Source of the DNA: Eledone cirrhosa
Lineage: Eukaryota
Assembly (NCBI GenBank): GCA_964016885.1
Contig: OZ024742.1
Span: forward strand, 163,432,001 to 163,496,000
Direction of reading: 5' to 3'
DNA length: 64,000 nucleotides
Below the pieces are notes generated by a model, which was not told the DNA's origin, did not search any database, and saw only the letters and a program-made list of their open reading frames with translations. A program made the translations under genes and the position numbers. Of this stretch, positions 25,174 through 38,500 are shown piece by piece (within the stretch, counting starts at the first letter, position 1; each line of letters opens with the position of its first letter).

Positions 25174-28160
25174 TGATTTTTTTTTACAAATTATCTCCCC
25201 CTGATTTTTTTTTACAAATTATCTCCCCCTGATTTTTTTTACAAATTATCTCCCCCTGATTTTTTTACAAATTATCTCCCCTTGGCTGGCTGGAAATTAT
25301 CTCCCCTTGGAGGCTGGAATTTATCTCCCCTTGGACGGCTAGAAATTACCTCTCCTTGGACGGCTGGAAAATATGTCTCCTTGGACGGCTGGATAATATC
25401 TACCCTTGGACGGCTGGAAATTATCTCCCCTTGGACGGCTGGAAATTATCTCCCCTTGGACGGCTAGATATTACCTCCCCTTGGACGGCTGGAAATTATC
25501 TCCCCTTGATTTTTTTTACAAATTATCTCCCCCTGATTTTTTTTACAAATTATCTCCACCTGATTTTTTTACAAATTATCTCCCCCTGATTTTTTTTACA
25601 AATTATCTCCGCCTAATTTTTTAAATATTATCTTCCCTTGGCTGGCGGGAAATTATCTCCCCTTGGACGGCTGAAAATTATCTCCCCTTGGACGGCTGGA
25701 AATTATCTCCCCTTGATTTTTTTTACAAATTATCTCCCCCTGATTTTTTTTTACAAATTATCTCCCCCTGATTTTTTTTACAAATTATCTCCCCCTGATT
25801 TTTTATTACAAATTATCTCCCACTGATTTTTTTACAAATTATCTCCCCTTGGCTGGCTGGAAATTATCTCCCCTTGGAGGCTGGAATTTATCTCCCCTTG
25901 GACGGCTAGAAATTACCTCTCCTTGGACGGCTGGAAAATATGTCTCCTTGGACGGCTGGAAATTATCTCTTCTTGGACGGCTGGAAATTATCTCCCCTTG
26001 GACGGCTAGATATTACCTCCCCTTGGACGGCTGGAAATTATCTCCCCTTGATTTTTTTTACAAATTATCTCCCCCTGATTTTTTTTTACATATCTCCTAA
26101 TGATTTTTAAAAAAAAATTATCTCCCCTTCGCTGGCTGGAAATTATCTCCCCTTGGACGCTGGAAATTATAGCCCCTTGGAGGGCTGGAAATTATCTTCC
26201 CTTGGACGGCTGGAAATTATCTCCCCTTGATTTTTTTTACAAATTGTCTACCCCTGATTTTTTTTTACAAATTATCTCCCCCTGATTTTTTTTACAAATT
26301 ATCTCCCCCTGATTTTTTTACAAATTATCTCCCCCTGATTTTTTTTACAAATTATCTCCGCCTAATTTTTTTAAATATTATCTTTCCTTGGCTGGCGGGA
26401 AATTATCTCCCCTTGGACGGCTGAAAATTATCTCCCCTTGGACGGCTGGAAATTATCTCCCCTTGATTTTTTTTACAAATAATCTCCCCCTGATTATTTT
26501 TTACAAATTATCTCCCCCTGATTTTTTTTTACAAATTATCTCCCCCTGATTTTTTTTTACAAATTATCTCCCCCTGATTTTTTTACAAATTATCTCCCCT
26601 TGGCTGGCTGGAAATTATCTCCCCTTGGAGGCTGGAATTTATCTCCCCTTGGACGGCTAGAAATTACCTCTCCTTGGACGGCTAGAAAATATGTCTCCTT
26701 GGACGGCTGGAAATTATCTCCCCTTGGACGGCTGGAAATTATCTCCTGTTGGACGGCTGGAAATTATCTCCCCTTGGGCGGCTAGATATTACCTCCCCTT
26801 GGACGGCTGGAAATTATCTCCCCTTGATTTTTTTTACAAATTATCTCCCCCTGATTTTTTTTACAAATTATCTCCCCCTGATTTTTTTTTACGAATTATC
26901 TCCGCCTGATTTTTTTTTAAAATGATCTCCCCTTGGACGGCTGGAAATTATCTCCCCTTGGACGGCTGGAAATTATCTCCCCTTGGACGGCTAGAAATTA
27001 CCTCTCCTTGGACGGCTGAAAATTATCTCCCCTTGGACGGCTGCAAATTATCTCCCCTTGATTTTTTTAACAAATTATCTCCCCCTGATTTTTTTTACAA
27101 ATTATCTCCCCCTGATTTTTTTTACAAATTATCTACGCCTAATTTTTTTTACAAATTATCTCCCCCTGATTTTTTTTTACAAATTATCTCCCCCTGATTT
27201 TTTTTTACAAATTATCTCCCCCTGATTTTTTTTTACAAATTATCTCCCCCCTGATTTTTTTTACAATCTCCGCCTGATTTTTTTAAAAATTATCTTCCCT
27301 TGGCTGGCGGGAAATTATCTCCCCTTGGACGGCTGGAAATTATATCCCCTTGGAAGGATGGAAATTATCTCCCCTTGGACGGCTGGAAATTATCTCCCCT
27401 TGGACGGCTGGAAATTATCTCCCCTTGGACAGCTGGAAATTATCTGCCCTTGATTTTGTTTTTACAAATTATCTCCCCCTGATTTTTTTTTACAAATTAT
27501 CTCCCCCTGATTTTTTTTTTACAAATTATCTCCCCCTGATTTTTTTACAAATTATCTCCCCCTGATTTTTTTTACAAATTATCTCCGCCTGATTTTTTTA
27601 AATATTATCTTCCCTTGGCTGGCGGGAAATTATCTCCCCTTGGACGGCTGAAAATTATCTCCCCTTGGACGGCTGGAAATTATCTCCCCCTGATTTTTTT
27701 TTACAAATTATCTCCCCCTGATTTTTTTTTACAAATTATCTCCCCCTGATTTTTTTTACAAATTATCTCCCCCTGATTTTTTTACAAATTATCTCCCCTT
27801 GGCTGGCTGGAAATTATCTCCCCTTGGAGGCTGGAATTTATCTCCCCTTGGACGGCTAGAAATTACCTCTCCTTGGACGGCTGGAAAATATGTCTCCTTG
27901 GACGGCTGGATATTATCTACCCTTGGACGGCTGGAATTTATCTCCCCTTGGACGGCTGGAAATTATCTCCCCTTGGACGGCTAGATATTACCTCCCCTTG
28001 GACGGCTGGAAATTATCTCCCCTTGATTTTTTTTACAAATTATCTCCCCCTGATTTTTTTTACAAATTATCTCCCCCTGATTTTTTTACAAATTATCTCC
28101 CCATGATTTTTCTACAAATTATCTCCGCCTAATTTTTTTAAATATTATCTTCCCTTGGCT
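24108..28160 (+). repeat. ~1.5-kb direct repeat at ~2.5-kb offset (24108-~25640 vs 26600-~28160)
   Basis: Offsets 24108/26600 = 2492; 24783/27300 and 25282/27799 = 2517 (one extra A monomer); shared GGGCGG and AAATGATC variants. Confidence 0.82.
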
Positions 28161-28392
28161 GGCGGGAAATTATCTCCCCTTGGACGGCTGAAAATTATCT
28201 CCCCTTGGACGGCTGGAAATTATCTCCCCTTGATTTTTTTACAAATTATCTCCCCCTGATTATTTTTTACAAATTATCTCCCCCTGATTTTTTTTTACAA
28301 ATTATCTCCCCCTGATTTTTTTTTACAAATTATCTCCCCCTGATATTTTTTACAAATTATCTCCCCCTGATTTTTTTACAAATTATCTCCCC

Positions 28393-31300
28393 TTGGCTGG
28401 CTGGAAATTATCTCCCCTTGGAGGCTGGAATTTATCTCCCCTTGGACGGCTAGAAATTACCTCGCCTTGGACGGCTGGAAAATATGTCTCCTTGGACGGC
28501 TGGAAATTATCTCCCCTTGGACGGCTGGAAATTATCTCCCCTTGGACGGCTAGATATTACCTCCCCTTGGACGGCTGGAAATTATCTCCCCTTGATTTTT
28601 TTTTACAAATTATCTCCCCCTGATTTTTTTTTACAAATTATCTCCCCCTGATTTTTTTTTACGAATTATCTCCCCCTGATTTTTTTTACAAATTATCTCC
28701 GCCTGATTTTTTTAAAAAAATTATCTCCCCTTGGACGGCTGGAAATTATCTCCCCTTGATTTTTTTTACAAATTATCTCCCCCTGATTTTTTTTTACAAA
28801 TTATCTCCCCCTGATTTTTTTTTACAAATTATCTACCCCTGATTTTTTTTTACAAATTATCTCCCCCTGATTTTTTTTACAAATTATCTCCCCCTGATTT
28901 TTTTTTTACAAATTATCTTCGCCTGATTTTTTTAAAAAAATTATTCCCCTTGGACGGCTGGAAATTATCTCCCCTTGGACGGCTGGAAATTATCTCCCCT
29001 TGGACGGCTAGAAATTACCTCTACTTGGACGGCTGAAAATTATCTCCCCTTGGACGGCTGCAAATTATCTCCCCTTGATTTCTTTTACAAATTATCTCCC
29101 CCTGATTTTTTTTTACAAATTATCTCCCCTTGATTTTTTTTCTACAAATTATCTCCCCCTGATTTTTTTTACAATCTCCGCCTGATTTTTTAAAAAATTA
29201 TCTTCCCTTGGCTGGCGGGAAATTATCTCCCCTTGGACGGCTGGAAATTATCTCCCCTTGGAAGGATGGAAATTATCTCCCCTTGGACGGCTGGAAATTA
29301 TCTCCCCTTGCACGGCTGGAAATTATCTCCCCTTGGACAGCTGGAAATTATCTGCCCTTGATTTTGTTTTTACAAATTATCTCCCCCTGATTTTTTTTAC
29401 AAATTATCTCCACCTGATTTTTTAAAAAATTATCTCCCCTTGGACGGCTGGAAATTATCTCCCCTTGGCTGGAAATTATCTCTCCTTGGACGGCTGGAAA
29501 TTATCTCCCTTTGATTTTTTTTACAAATTATCTCCCTCTGAATTTTTACAAATTTCCCCCTGATTTAAAAAAAAAAATTATCTCCCCTTCGCTGGCTGGA
29601 AATTATCTCCCCTTGGACACTGGAAATTATAGCCCCTTGGAGGGCTGGAAATTATCTTCCCTTGGACGGCTGGAAATTATCTCCCCTTGATTTTTTTTAC
29701 AAATTATCTCCCCCTGATTTTTTTTTACAAATTATCTACCCCTGATTTTTTTTTACAAATTATCTCCCCCTGATTTTTTTTACAAATTATCTCCCCCTGA
29801 TTTTTTTTACAAATTATCTCCCCCTGATTTTTTTACAAATTATCTCCCCCTGATTTTTTTTACAAATTATCTCCGCCTAATTTTTTTAAATATTATCTTC
29901 CCTTGGCTGGCGGGAAATTATCTCCCCTTGGACGGCTGAAAATTATCTCCCCTTGGACGGCTGGAAATTATCTCCCCTTGATTTTTTTACAAATTATCTC
30001 CCCCTGATTATTTTTTACAAATTATCTCCCCCTGATTTTTTTTACAAATTATCTCCCCCTGATTTTTTTTACAAATTATCTCCCCCTGATTTTTTTTTTA
30101 CAAGTTATCTCCGCCTGATTTTTTTTACAAATTATCTCCCCCTGATTTTTTTACAAATTATCTCCCCCTGATTTTTTTTACAAATTATCTCCGCCTAATT
30201 TTTTTAAATATTATCTTCCCTTGGCTGGCGGGAAATTATCTCCCCTTGGACGGCTAGAAATTACCTCTCCTTGGACGACTGAAAATTATCTCCCCTTGGA
30301 CAGCTGCAAATTATCTCCCCTTGATTTTTTTTACAAATTATCTCCGCCTGATTTTTTTTTTAAAATTATCTCCCCTTGGACGGCTGGAAATTATCTCCCC
30401 TTGGACGGCTGGAAATTGTCTCCCCTTGGACGGCTAGAAATTACCTCTCCTTGGACGGCTGAAAATTATCTCCCCTTGGACGGCTGGAAATTATCTCCCC
30501 TTGATTTTTTTACAAATTATCTCCCCCTGATATTTTTTTACAAATTATCTCCCCCTGATTTTTTTTTACAAATTATCTCCCCCTGATTTATTTTTACAAA
30601 TTATCGCCCCCTGATTTTTTTTTACAAATTATCTTCCCCTGATTTTTTTTTTACAAATTATCTCCCCCTGATTTTTTTACAAATTATCTCCCCCTGATTT
30701 TTTTTACAATCTCCGCCTGATTTTTTTAAAAATTATCTTCCCTTGGCTGGCGGGAAATTATCTCCCCTTGGACGGCTGGAAATTATCTCCCCTTGGACGG
30801 CTGGAAATTATCTCCCCTTGGACGGCTAGAAATTACCTCTCCTTGGACGGCTGAAAATTATCTCCCCTTGGACGGCTGCAAATTATCTCCCCTTGATTTT
30901 TTTTACAAATTATCTCCCCCTGATTTTTTTTCACAAATTATCTCCCCCTGATTTTTTTTTACAAATTATCTACTGATTTTTTTTACAAATTATCTCCCCC
31001 TGATTTTTTTTTACAAATTATCTAACCCTAATTTTTTTTTACAAATTATCTCCCCCTGATTTTTTTTTTACAAATTATCTCCCCCTGATTTTTTTACAAA
31101 TTATCTCCCCCTGATTTTTTTTACATTCTCCGCCTGAGTTTTTTAAAAATTATCTTCCCTTGGCTGGCGGGAAATTATCTCCCCTTGGACGGCTGGAAAT
31201 TATCTCCCCTTGGAAGGATGGAAATTATCTCCCCTTGGATGGCTGGAAATTATCTCCCCTTGCACGGCTGGAAATTATCTCCCCTTGGCTGGAAATTATC

Positions 31301-31985
31301 TCCCCTTGGACGGCTGAAAATTATCTCCCCTTGGACGGCTGGAAATTATCTCCCCTTGATTTTTTTTACAAATTATCTCCCCCTGATTTTTTTTACAAAT
31401 TATCTCCCCCTGATTTTTTTACAAATTATCTCCCCCTGATTTTTTTACAAATTATCTCCCCTTGGCTGGCTGGAAATTATCTCCCATTGGAGGCTGGAAT
31501 TTATCTCCCCTTGGACGGCTAGAAATTACCTCTCCTTGGACGGCTGGAAAATATGTCTCCTTGGACGGCTGGATATTATCTGCCCTTGGACGGCTGGAAA
31601 TTATCTCCCCTTGGACGGCTGGAAATTATCTCCCCTTGGACGGCTAGATATTACCTCCCCTTGGACGGCTGGAAATTATCTCCCCTTGATTTTTTTTACA
31701 AATTATCTCCACCTGATTTTTTTACAAATTATCTCCCCCTGATTTTTTTTACAATCTCCGCCTGATTTTTTAAAAAATTATCTTCCCTTGGCTGGCGGGA
31801 AATTATCTCGCCTTGGACGGCTGGAAATTATCTCCCCTTGGAAGGATGGAAATTATCTCCCCTTGGACGGCTGGAAATTATCTCCCCTTGCACGGCTGAA
31901 AATTATCTCCCCTTGGACAGCTGGAAATTATCTGTCCTTGATTTTGTTTTTATAAATTATCTCCCCCTGATTTTTTTTACAAATT
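28393..31985 (+). repeat. Third copy of a ~3.6-kb block (other copies 122-~3690 and 35676-~39244)
   Basis: Offsets 938/29208 and 1683/29953 = 28270; 3167/31462 = 28295; 29208/36492 = 7284. Shared rare variants CTCTACTT, CTGAATTTTT, ACAAGTT, ATCGCCCC, CTAACCCTA, CTGAGTTT. Confidence 0.9.
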
Positions 31986-34900
31986 ATCTCCACCTGATTT
32001 TTTAAAAAATTATCTCCTCTTGGACGGCTGGAAATTAACTCCCCTTGGCTCGAAATTATCTCCCCTTGGACGGCTAGAAATTATCTCTCTTTGGACGGCT
32101 GGAAATTATCTCCCTTTGATTTTTTTTACAAATTATCTCCCCCTGATTTTTTTTACAAATCTCCCCCTGATTTTTAAAAAAAAATTATCTCCCCTTCGCT
32201 GGCTGGAAATTATCTCCCTTGGACACTGGAAATTATAGCCCCTTGGAGGGCTGGAAATTATCTTCCCTTGGACGGCTGGAAATTATCTCTCCTTGATTTT
32301 TTTTACAAATTATCTCCCCCTGATTTTTTTTTACAAATTATCTCCCCCTGATTTTTTTTTACAAATTATCTCCCCCTGATTTTTTTTACAAATTATCTCC
32401 GCATGATTTTTTTTAAAAAATTATCTCCCCTTGGACGGCTGGAAATTATCTCCCCTTGGACGGCTGGAAATTATCTCCCCTTGGACGACTAGAAATTACC
32501 TCTCCTTGGACGACTGAAAATTATCTCCCCTTGGACGGCTGCAAATTATCTCCCCTTGATTTTTTTTACAAATTGTCTCCGCCTGATTTTTTTTTAAAAT
32601 TATCTCCCCTTGGACGGCTGGAAATTATCTCCCCTTGGACGGCTGGAAATTATCTCCCCTTGGACGGCTAGAAATTACCTCTCCTTGGACGGCTGAAAAT
32701 TATCTCCCCTTGATTTTTTTTACAAATTATCTCCCCCTGTTTTTTTTTTACAAATTATCTCCCCCTGATTTTTTTTTACAAATTATCTCCGCCTGATTTT
32801 TTTTTAAATTATATCTCCTTGGACGGCTGGAAATTATCTCCCCTTGATTTTTTTTACAAATTATCTCCCCCTGATTTTTTTTTACAAATTATCTCCCCCT
32901 GATTTTTTTTTACAAATTATCTAGCCCTGATTTTTTTTTACAAATTATCTCCCCCTGATTTTTTTACAAATTATCTCCCCCTGATTTTTTTTTTACAAAT
33001 TATCTCCCCTTGATTTTTTAACAAATTATCTCCCCCTGATTTTTTTTACAAATTATCTCCCCCTGATTTTTTTACAAATTATCTCCCCTTGGCTGGCTGG
33101 AAATTATCTCCCCTTGGACGGCTGAAAATTATCTCCCCTTGGACGGCTGGAAATTATCTCCTCTTGATTTTTTTACAAATTATCTCCCCCTGATTTTTTT
33201 TTACAAATTATCTCCCCCTGATTTTTTTTTACAAATTATCTCTCCCTGATTTTTTTTTACAAATTATCTCCCCCTGATTTTTTTTACAAATTATCCCCTC
33301 CTGATTTTTTTACAAATTATCTCCCCTTGGCTGGCTGGAAATTATCTCCCCTTGGAGGCTGGAATTTATCTCCCCTTGGACGGCTAGAAATTACCTCTCC
33401 TTGGACGGCTGGAAAATATGTCTACTTGGACGGCTGGATATTATCTCCCCTTGGACGGCTGGAAATTATCTCCCCTTGGACCGCTAGATATTACCTCCCC
33501 TTGGACGGCTGGAAATTATCTCCCCTTGATTTTTTTTACAAATTATCTCCCCCTGATTTTTTTTACAAATCTCCCAATGATTTTTTTAAAAAAATTATCT
33601 CCCCTTCGCTGGCTGGAAATTATCTCCCCTTGGACGCTGGAAATTATAGCCCCTTGGAGGGCTGGAAATTATCTTCCCTTGGACGGCTGGAAATTATCTC
33701 CCCTTGATTTTTTTTACAAATTATCTCCGCCTGATTTTTCTTTTAAAATTATCTCCCCTTGGACGGCTGGAAATTATCTCCCCTTGGACGGCTGGAAATT
33801 ATCTCCCCTTGGACGGCTAGAAATTACCTCTCCTTGGACGGCTGAAAATTATCTCCCCTTGGACGGCTGGAAATTATCTCCCCTTGATTTTTTTACAAAT
33901 TATCTCCCCCTGATTTTTTTTACAAATTATCTCCGCCTGATTTTTTTTTAAAATTATCTCTCCTTGGACGGCTGGAAATTATCTCCCCTTGATTTTTTTT
34001 ACAAATTATCTCCCCCTGATTTTTTTTACAAATTATCTCCCCCTGATTTTTTTTTACAAATTATCTACCCCTGATTTTTTTTTACAAATTATCTCCCGCT
34101 GATTTTTTTTACAAATTATCTCCCCCTGATTTTTTTTTTACAAATTATCTCCCCCTGATTTTTTTACAAATTATCTCCCCTTGGCTGGCTGGAAATTATC
34201 TCCCCTTGGAGGCTGGAATTTATCTCCCCTTGGACGGCTAGAAATTACCTCTCCTTGGAAGGCTGGAAAATATGTCTCCTTGGACGGCTGGATATTATCT
34301 AGCCTTGGACGGCTGGAAATTGTCTCCCCTTGGACGGCTGGAAATTATCTCCCCTTCGACGGCTAGATATTACCTCCCCTTGGACGGCTGGAAATTATCT
34401 CCCCTTGATTTTTTTTACAAATTATCTCCCCCTGATTTTTTTTTACAAATTATCTCCCCCTGATTTTTTTTTACAAATTATCTCCCCCTGATTTTTTTTT
34501 TACAAATTATCTCCCCCCTGATTTTTTTACAATCTCCGCCTGATTTTTTTAAAAATTATCTTCCCTTGGCTGGCGGGAAATTATCTCCCCTTGGACGGCT
34601 GGAAATTATATCCCCTTGGAAGGATGGAAATTATCTCCCCTTGGACGGCTGGAAATTATCTCCCCTTGGACGGCTGGAAATTATCTCCCCTTGGACAGCT
34701 GGAAATTATCTGCCCTTGATTTTGTTTTTACAAATTATCTCCCCCTGATTTTTTTTACAAATTATCTCCACCTGATTTTTTAAAAAATTATCTCCCCTTG
34801 GACGGCAGTAAATTATCTCTCCTTGGCTGGAAATGATCTCCCCTTGGACGGCTAGAAATTATCTCTATTTGGACGGCTGGAAATTATCTCCCTTTGATTT

Positions 34901-35554
34901 TTTTTACAAATTATGTCCCCCTGATTTTTTAAAAAAATTATCTCTCCTTGGACGGCTGGAAATTATCTCCCCTTGATTTTTTTTACAAATTATCTCCCCC
35001 TGATTTTTTTTTACAAATTATCTCCCCCTGATTTTTTTTTACAAATTATCTACCCCTGATTTTTTTTTACAAATTATCTCCTCCTGATTTTTTTTACAAA
35101 TTATCTCCCCCTGATTTTTTTACAAATTATCTCCCCCTGATTTTTTTACAAATTATCTCCCCCTGATTTTTTTTACAAATTATCTCCGCCTAATTTTTTT
35201 AAATATTATCTTCCCTTGGCTGGCGGGAAATTATCTCCCCTTGGACGGCTGAATATTATCTCCCCTTGGACGGCTGGAAATTATCTCCCCTTGATTTTTT
35301 TTACAAATTATCTCCCCCTGATTATTTTTTACAAATTATCTCCCCCTGATTTTTTTTTACAAATTATCTCCCCCTGATTTTTTTTACAAATTATCTCCCC
35401 CTGATTTTTTTACAAATTATCTCCCCTTGGCTGGCTGGAAATTATCTCCCCTTGGAGGCTGGAATTTATCTCCCCTTGGACGGCTGGAAATTATCTCTCC
35501 TTGGACGGCTAGAAATTACCTCTCCTTGGACGGCTGGAAAATATGTCTCCTTGG

Positions 35555-38500
35555 ACGGCTGGAAATTATCTCCCCTTCGACGGCTGGAAATTATCTCCCC
35601 TTGGACGGCTGGAAATTATCTCTCCTTGGACGGCTAGAAATTACCTCTCCTTGGACGGCTGAAAATTATCTCCCCTTGGCTGGCTGGAAATTATCTCCCC
35701 TTGGAGGCTGGAATTTATCTCCCCTTGGACGGCTAGAAATTACCTCGCCTTGGACGGCTGGAAAATATGTCTCCTTGGACGGCTGGAAATTATCTCCCCT
35801 TGGACGGCTGGAAATTATCTCCCCTTGGACGGCTAGATATTACCTCCCCTTGGACGGCTGGAAATTATCTCCCCTTGATTTTTTTTTACAAATTATCTCC
35901 CCCTGATTTTTTTTTACAAATTATCTCCCCCTGATTTTTTTTTACGAATTATCTCCCCCTGATTTTTTTTACAAATTATCTCCGCCTGATTTTTTTAAAA
36001 AAATTATCTCCCCTTGGACGGCTGGAAATTATCTCCCCTTGATTTTTTTTACAAATTATCTCCCCCTGATTTTTTTTTACAAATTATCTCCCCCTGATTT
36101 TTTTTTACAAATTATCTACCCCTGATTTTTTTTTACAAATTATCTCCCCCTGATTTTTTTTACAAATTATCTCCCCCTGATTTTTTTTTTACAAATTATC
36201 TTCGCCTGATTTTTTTAAAAAAATTATCTCCCCTTGGACGGCTGGAAATTATCTCCCCTTGGACGGCTGGAAATTATCTCCCCTTGGACGGCTAGAAATT
36301 ACCTCTACTTGGACGGCTGAAAATTATCTCCCCTTGGACGGCTGCAAATTATCTCCCCTTGATTTTTTTTACAAATTATCTCCCCCTGATTTTTTTTTAC
36401 AAATTATCTCCCCTTGATTTTTTTTCTACAAATTATCTCCCCCTGATTTTTTTTACAATCTCCGCCTGATTTTTTAAAAAATTATCTTCCCTTGGCTGGC
36501 GGGAAATTATCTCCCCTTGGACGGCTGGAAATTATCTCCCCTTGGAAGGATGGAAATTATCTCCCCTTGGACGGCTGGAAATTATCTCCCCTTGCACGGC
36601 TGGAAATTATCTCCCCTTGGACAGCTGGAAATTATCTGCCCTTGATTTTGTTTTTACAAATTATCTCCCCCTGATTTTTTTTACAAATTATCTCCACCTG
36701 ATTTTTTAAAAAATTATCTCCCCTTGGACGGCTGGAAATTATCTCCCCTTGGCTGGAAATTATCTCTCCTTGGACGGCTGGAAATTATCTCCCTTTGATT
36801 TTTTTTACAAATTATCTCCCTCTGAATTTTTACAAATTTCCCCCTGATTTAAAAAAAAAAATTATCTCCCCTTCGCTGGCTGGAAATTATCTCCCCTTGG
36901 ACACTGGAAATTATAGCCCCTTGGAGGGCTGGAAATTATCTTCCCTTGGACGGCTGGAAATTATCTCCCCTTGATTTTTTTTACAAATTATCTCCCCCTG
37001 ATTTTTTTTTACAAATTATCTACCCCTGATTTTTTTTTACAAATTATCTCCCCCTGATTTTTTTTACAAATTATCTCCCCCTGATTTTTTTTACAAATTA
37101 TCTCCCCCTGATTTTTTTACAAATTATCTCCCCCTGATTTTTTTTACAAATTATCTCCGCCTAATTTTTTTAAATATTATCTTCCCTTGGCTGGCGGGAA
37201 ATTATCTCCCCTTGGACGGCTGAAAATTATCTCCCCTTGGACGGCTGGAAATTATCTCCCCTTGATTTTTTTACAAATTATCTCCCCCTGATTATTTTTT
37301 ACAAATTATCTCCCCCTGATTTTTTTTACAAATTATCTCCCCCTGATTTTTTTTTTACAAGTTATCTCCGCCTGATTTTTTTTACAAATTATCTCCCCCT
37401 GATTTTTTTACAAATTATCTCCCCCTGATTTTTTTTACAAATTATCTCCGCCTAATTTTTTTAAATATTATCTTCCCTTGGCTGGCGGGAAATTATCTCC
37501 CCTTGGACGGCTAGAAATTACCTCTCCTTGGACGACTGAAAATTATCTCCCCTTGGACAGCTGCAAATTATCTCCCCTTGATTTTTTTTACAAATTATCT
37601 CCGCCTGATTTTTTTTAAAAATTATCTCCCCTTGGACGGCTGGAAATTATCTCCCCTTGGACGGCTGGAAATTGTCTCCCCTTGGACGGCTAGAAATTAC
37701 CTCTCCTTGGACGGCTGAAAATTATCTCCCCTTGGACGGCTGGAAATTATCTCCCCTTGATTTTTTTACAAATTATCTCCCCCTGATATTTTTTTACAAA
37801 TTATCTCCCCCTGATTTTTTTTTACAAATTATCTCCCCCTGATTTTTTTTTACAAATTATCGCCCCCTGATTTTTTTTTACAAATTATCTTCCCCTGATT
37901 TTTTTTTTACAAATTATCTCCCCCTGATTTTTTTACAAATTATCTCCCCCTGATTTTTTTTACAATCTCCGCCTGATTTTTTTAAAAATTATCTTCCCTT
38001 GGCTGGCGGGAAATTATCTCCCCTTGGACGGCTGGAAATTATCTCCCCTTGGACGGCTGGAAATTATCTCCCCTTGGACGGCTAGAAATTACCTCTCCTT
38101 GGACGGCTGAAAATTATCTCCCCTTGGACGGCTGCAAATTATCTCCCCTTGATTTTTTTTACAAATTATCTCCCCCTGATTTTTTTTTACAAATTATCTC
38201 CCCCTGATTTTTTTTTACAAATTATCTACCCCTGATTTTTTTTACAAATTATCTCCCCCTGATTTTTTTTTACAAATTATCTAACCCTAATTTTTTTTTA
38301 CAAATTATCTCCCCCTGATTTTTTTTTTACAAATTATCTCCCCCTGATTTTTTTACAAATTATCTCCCCCTGATTTTTTTTACATTCACCGCCTGAGTTT
38401 TTTAAAAATTATCTTCCCTTGGCTGGCGGGAAATTATCTCCCCTTGGACGGCTGGAAATTATCTCCCCTTGGAAGGATGGAAATTATCTCCCCTTGGATG

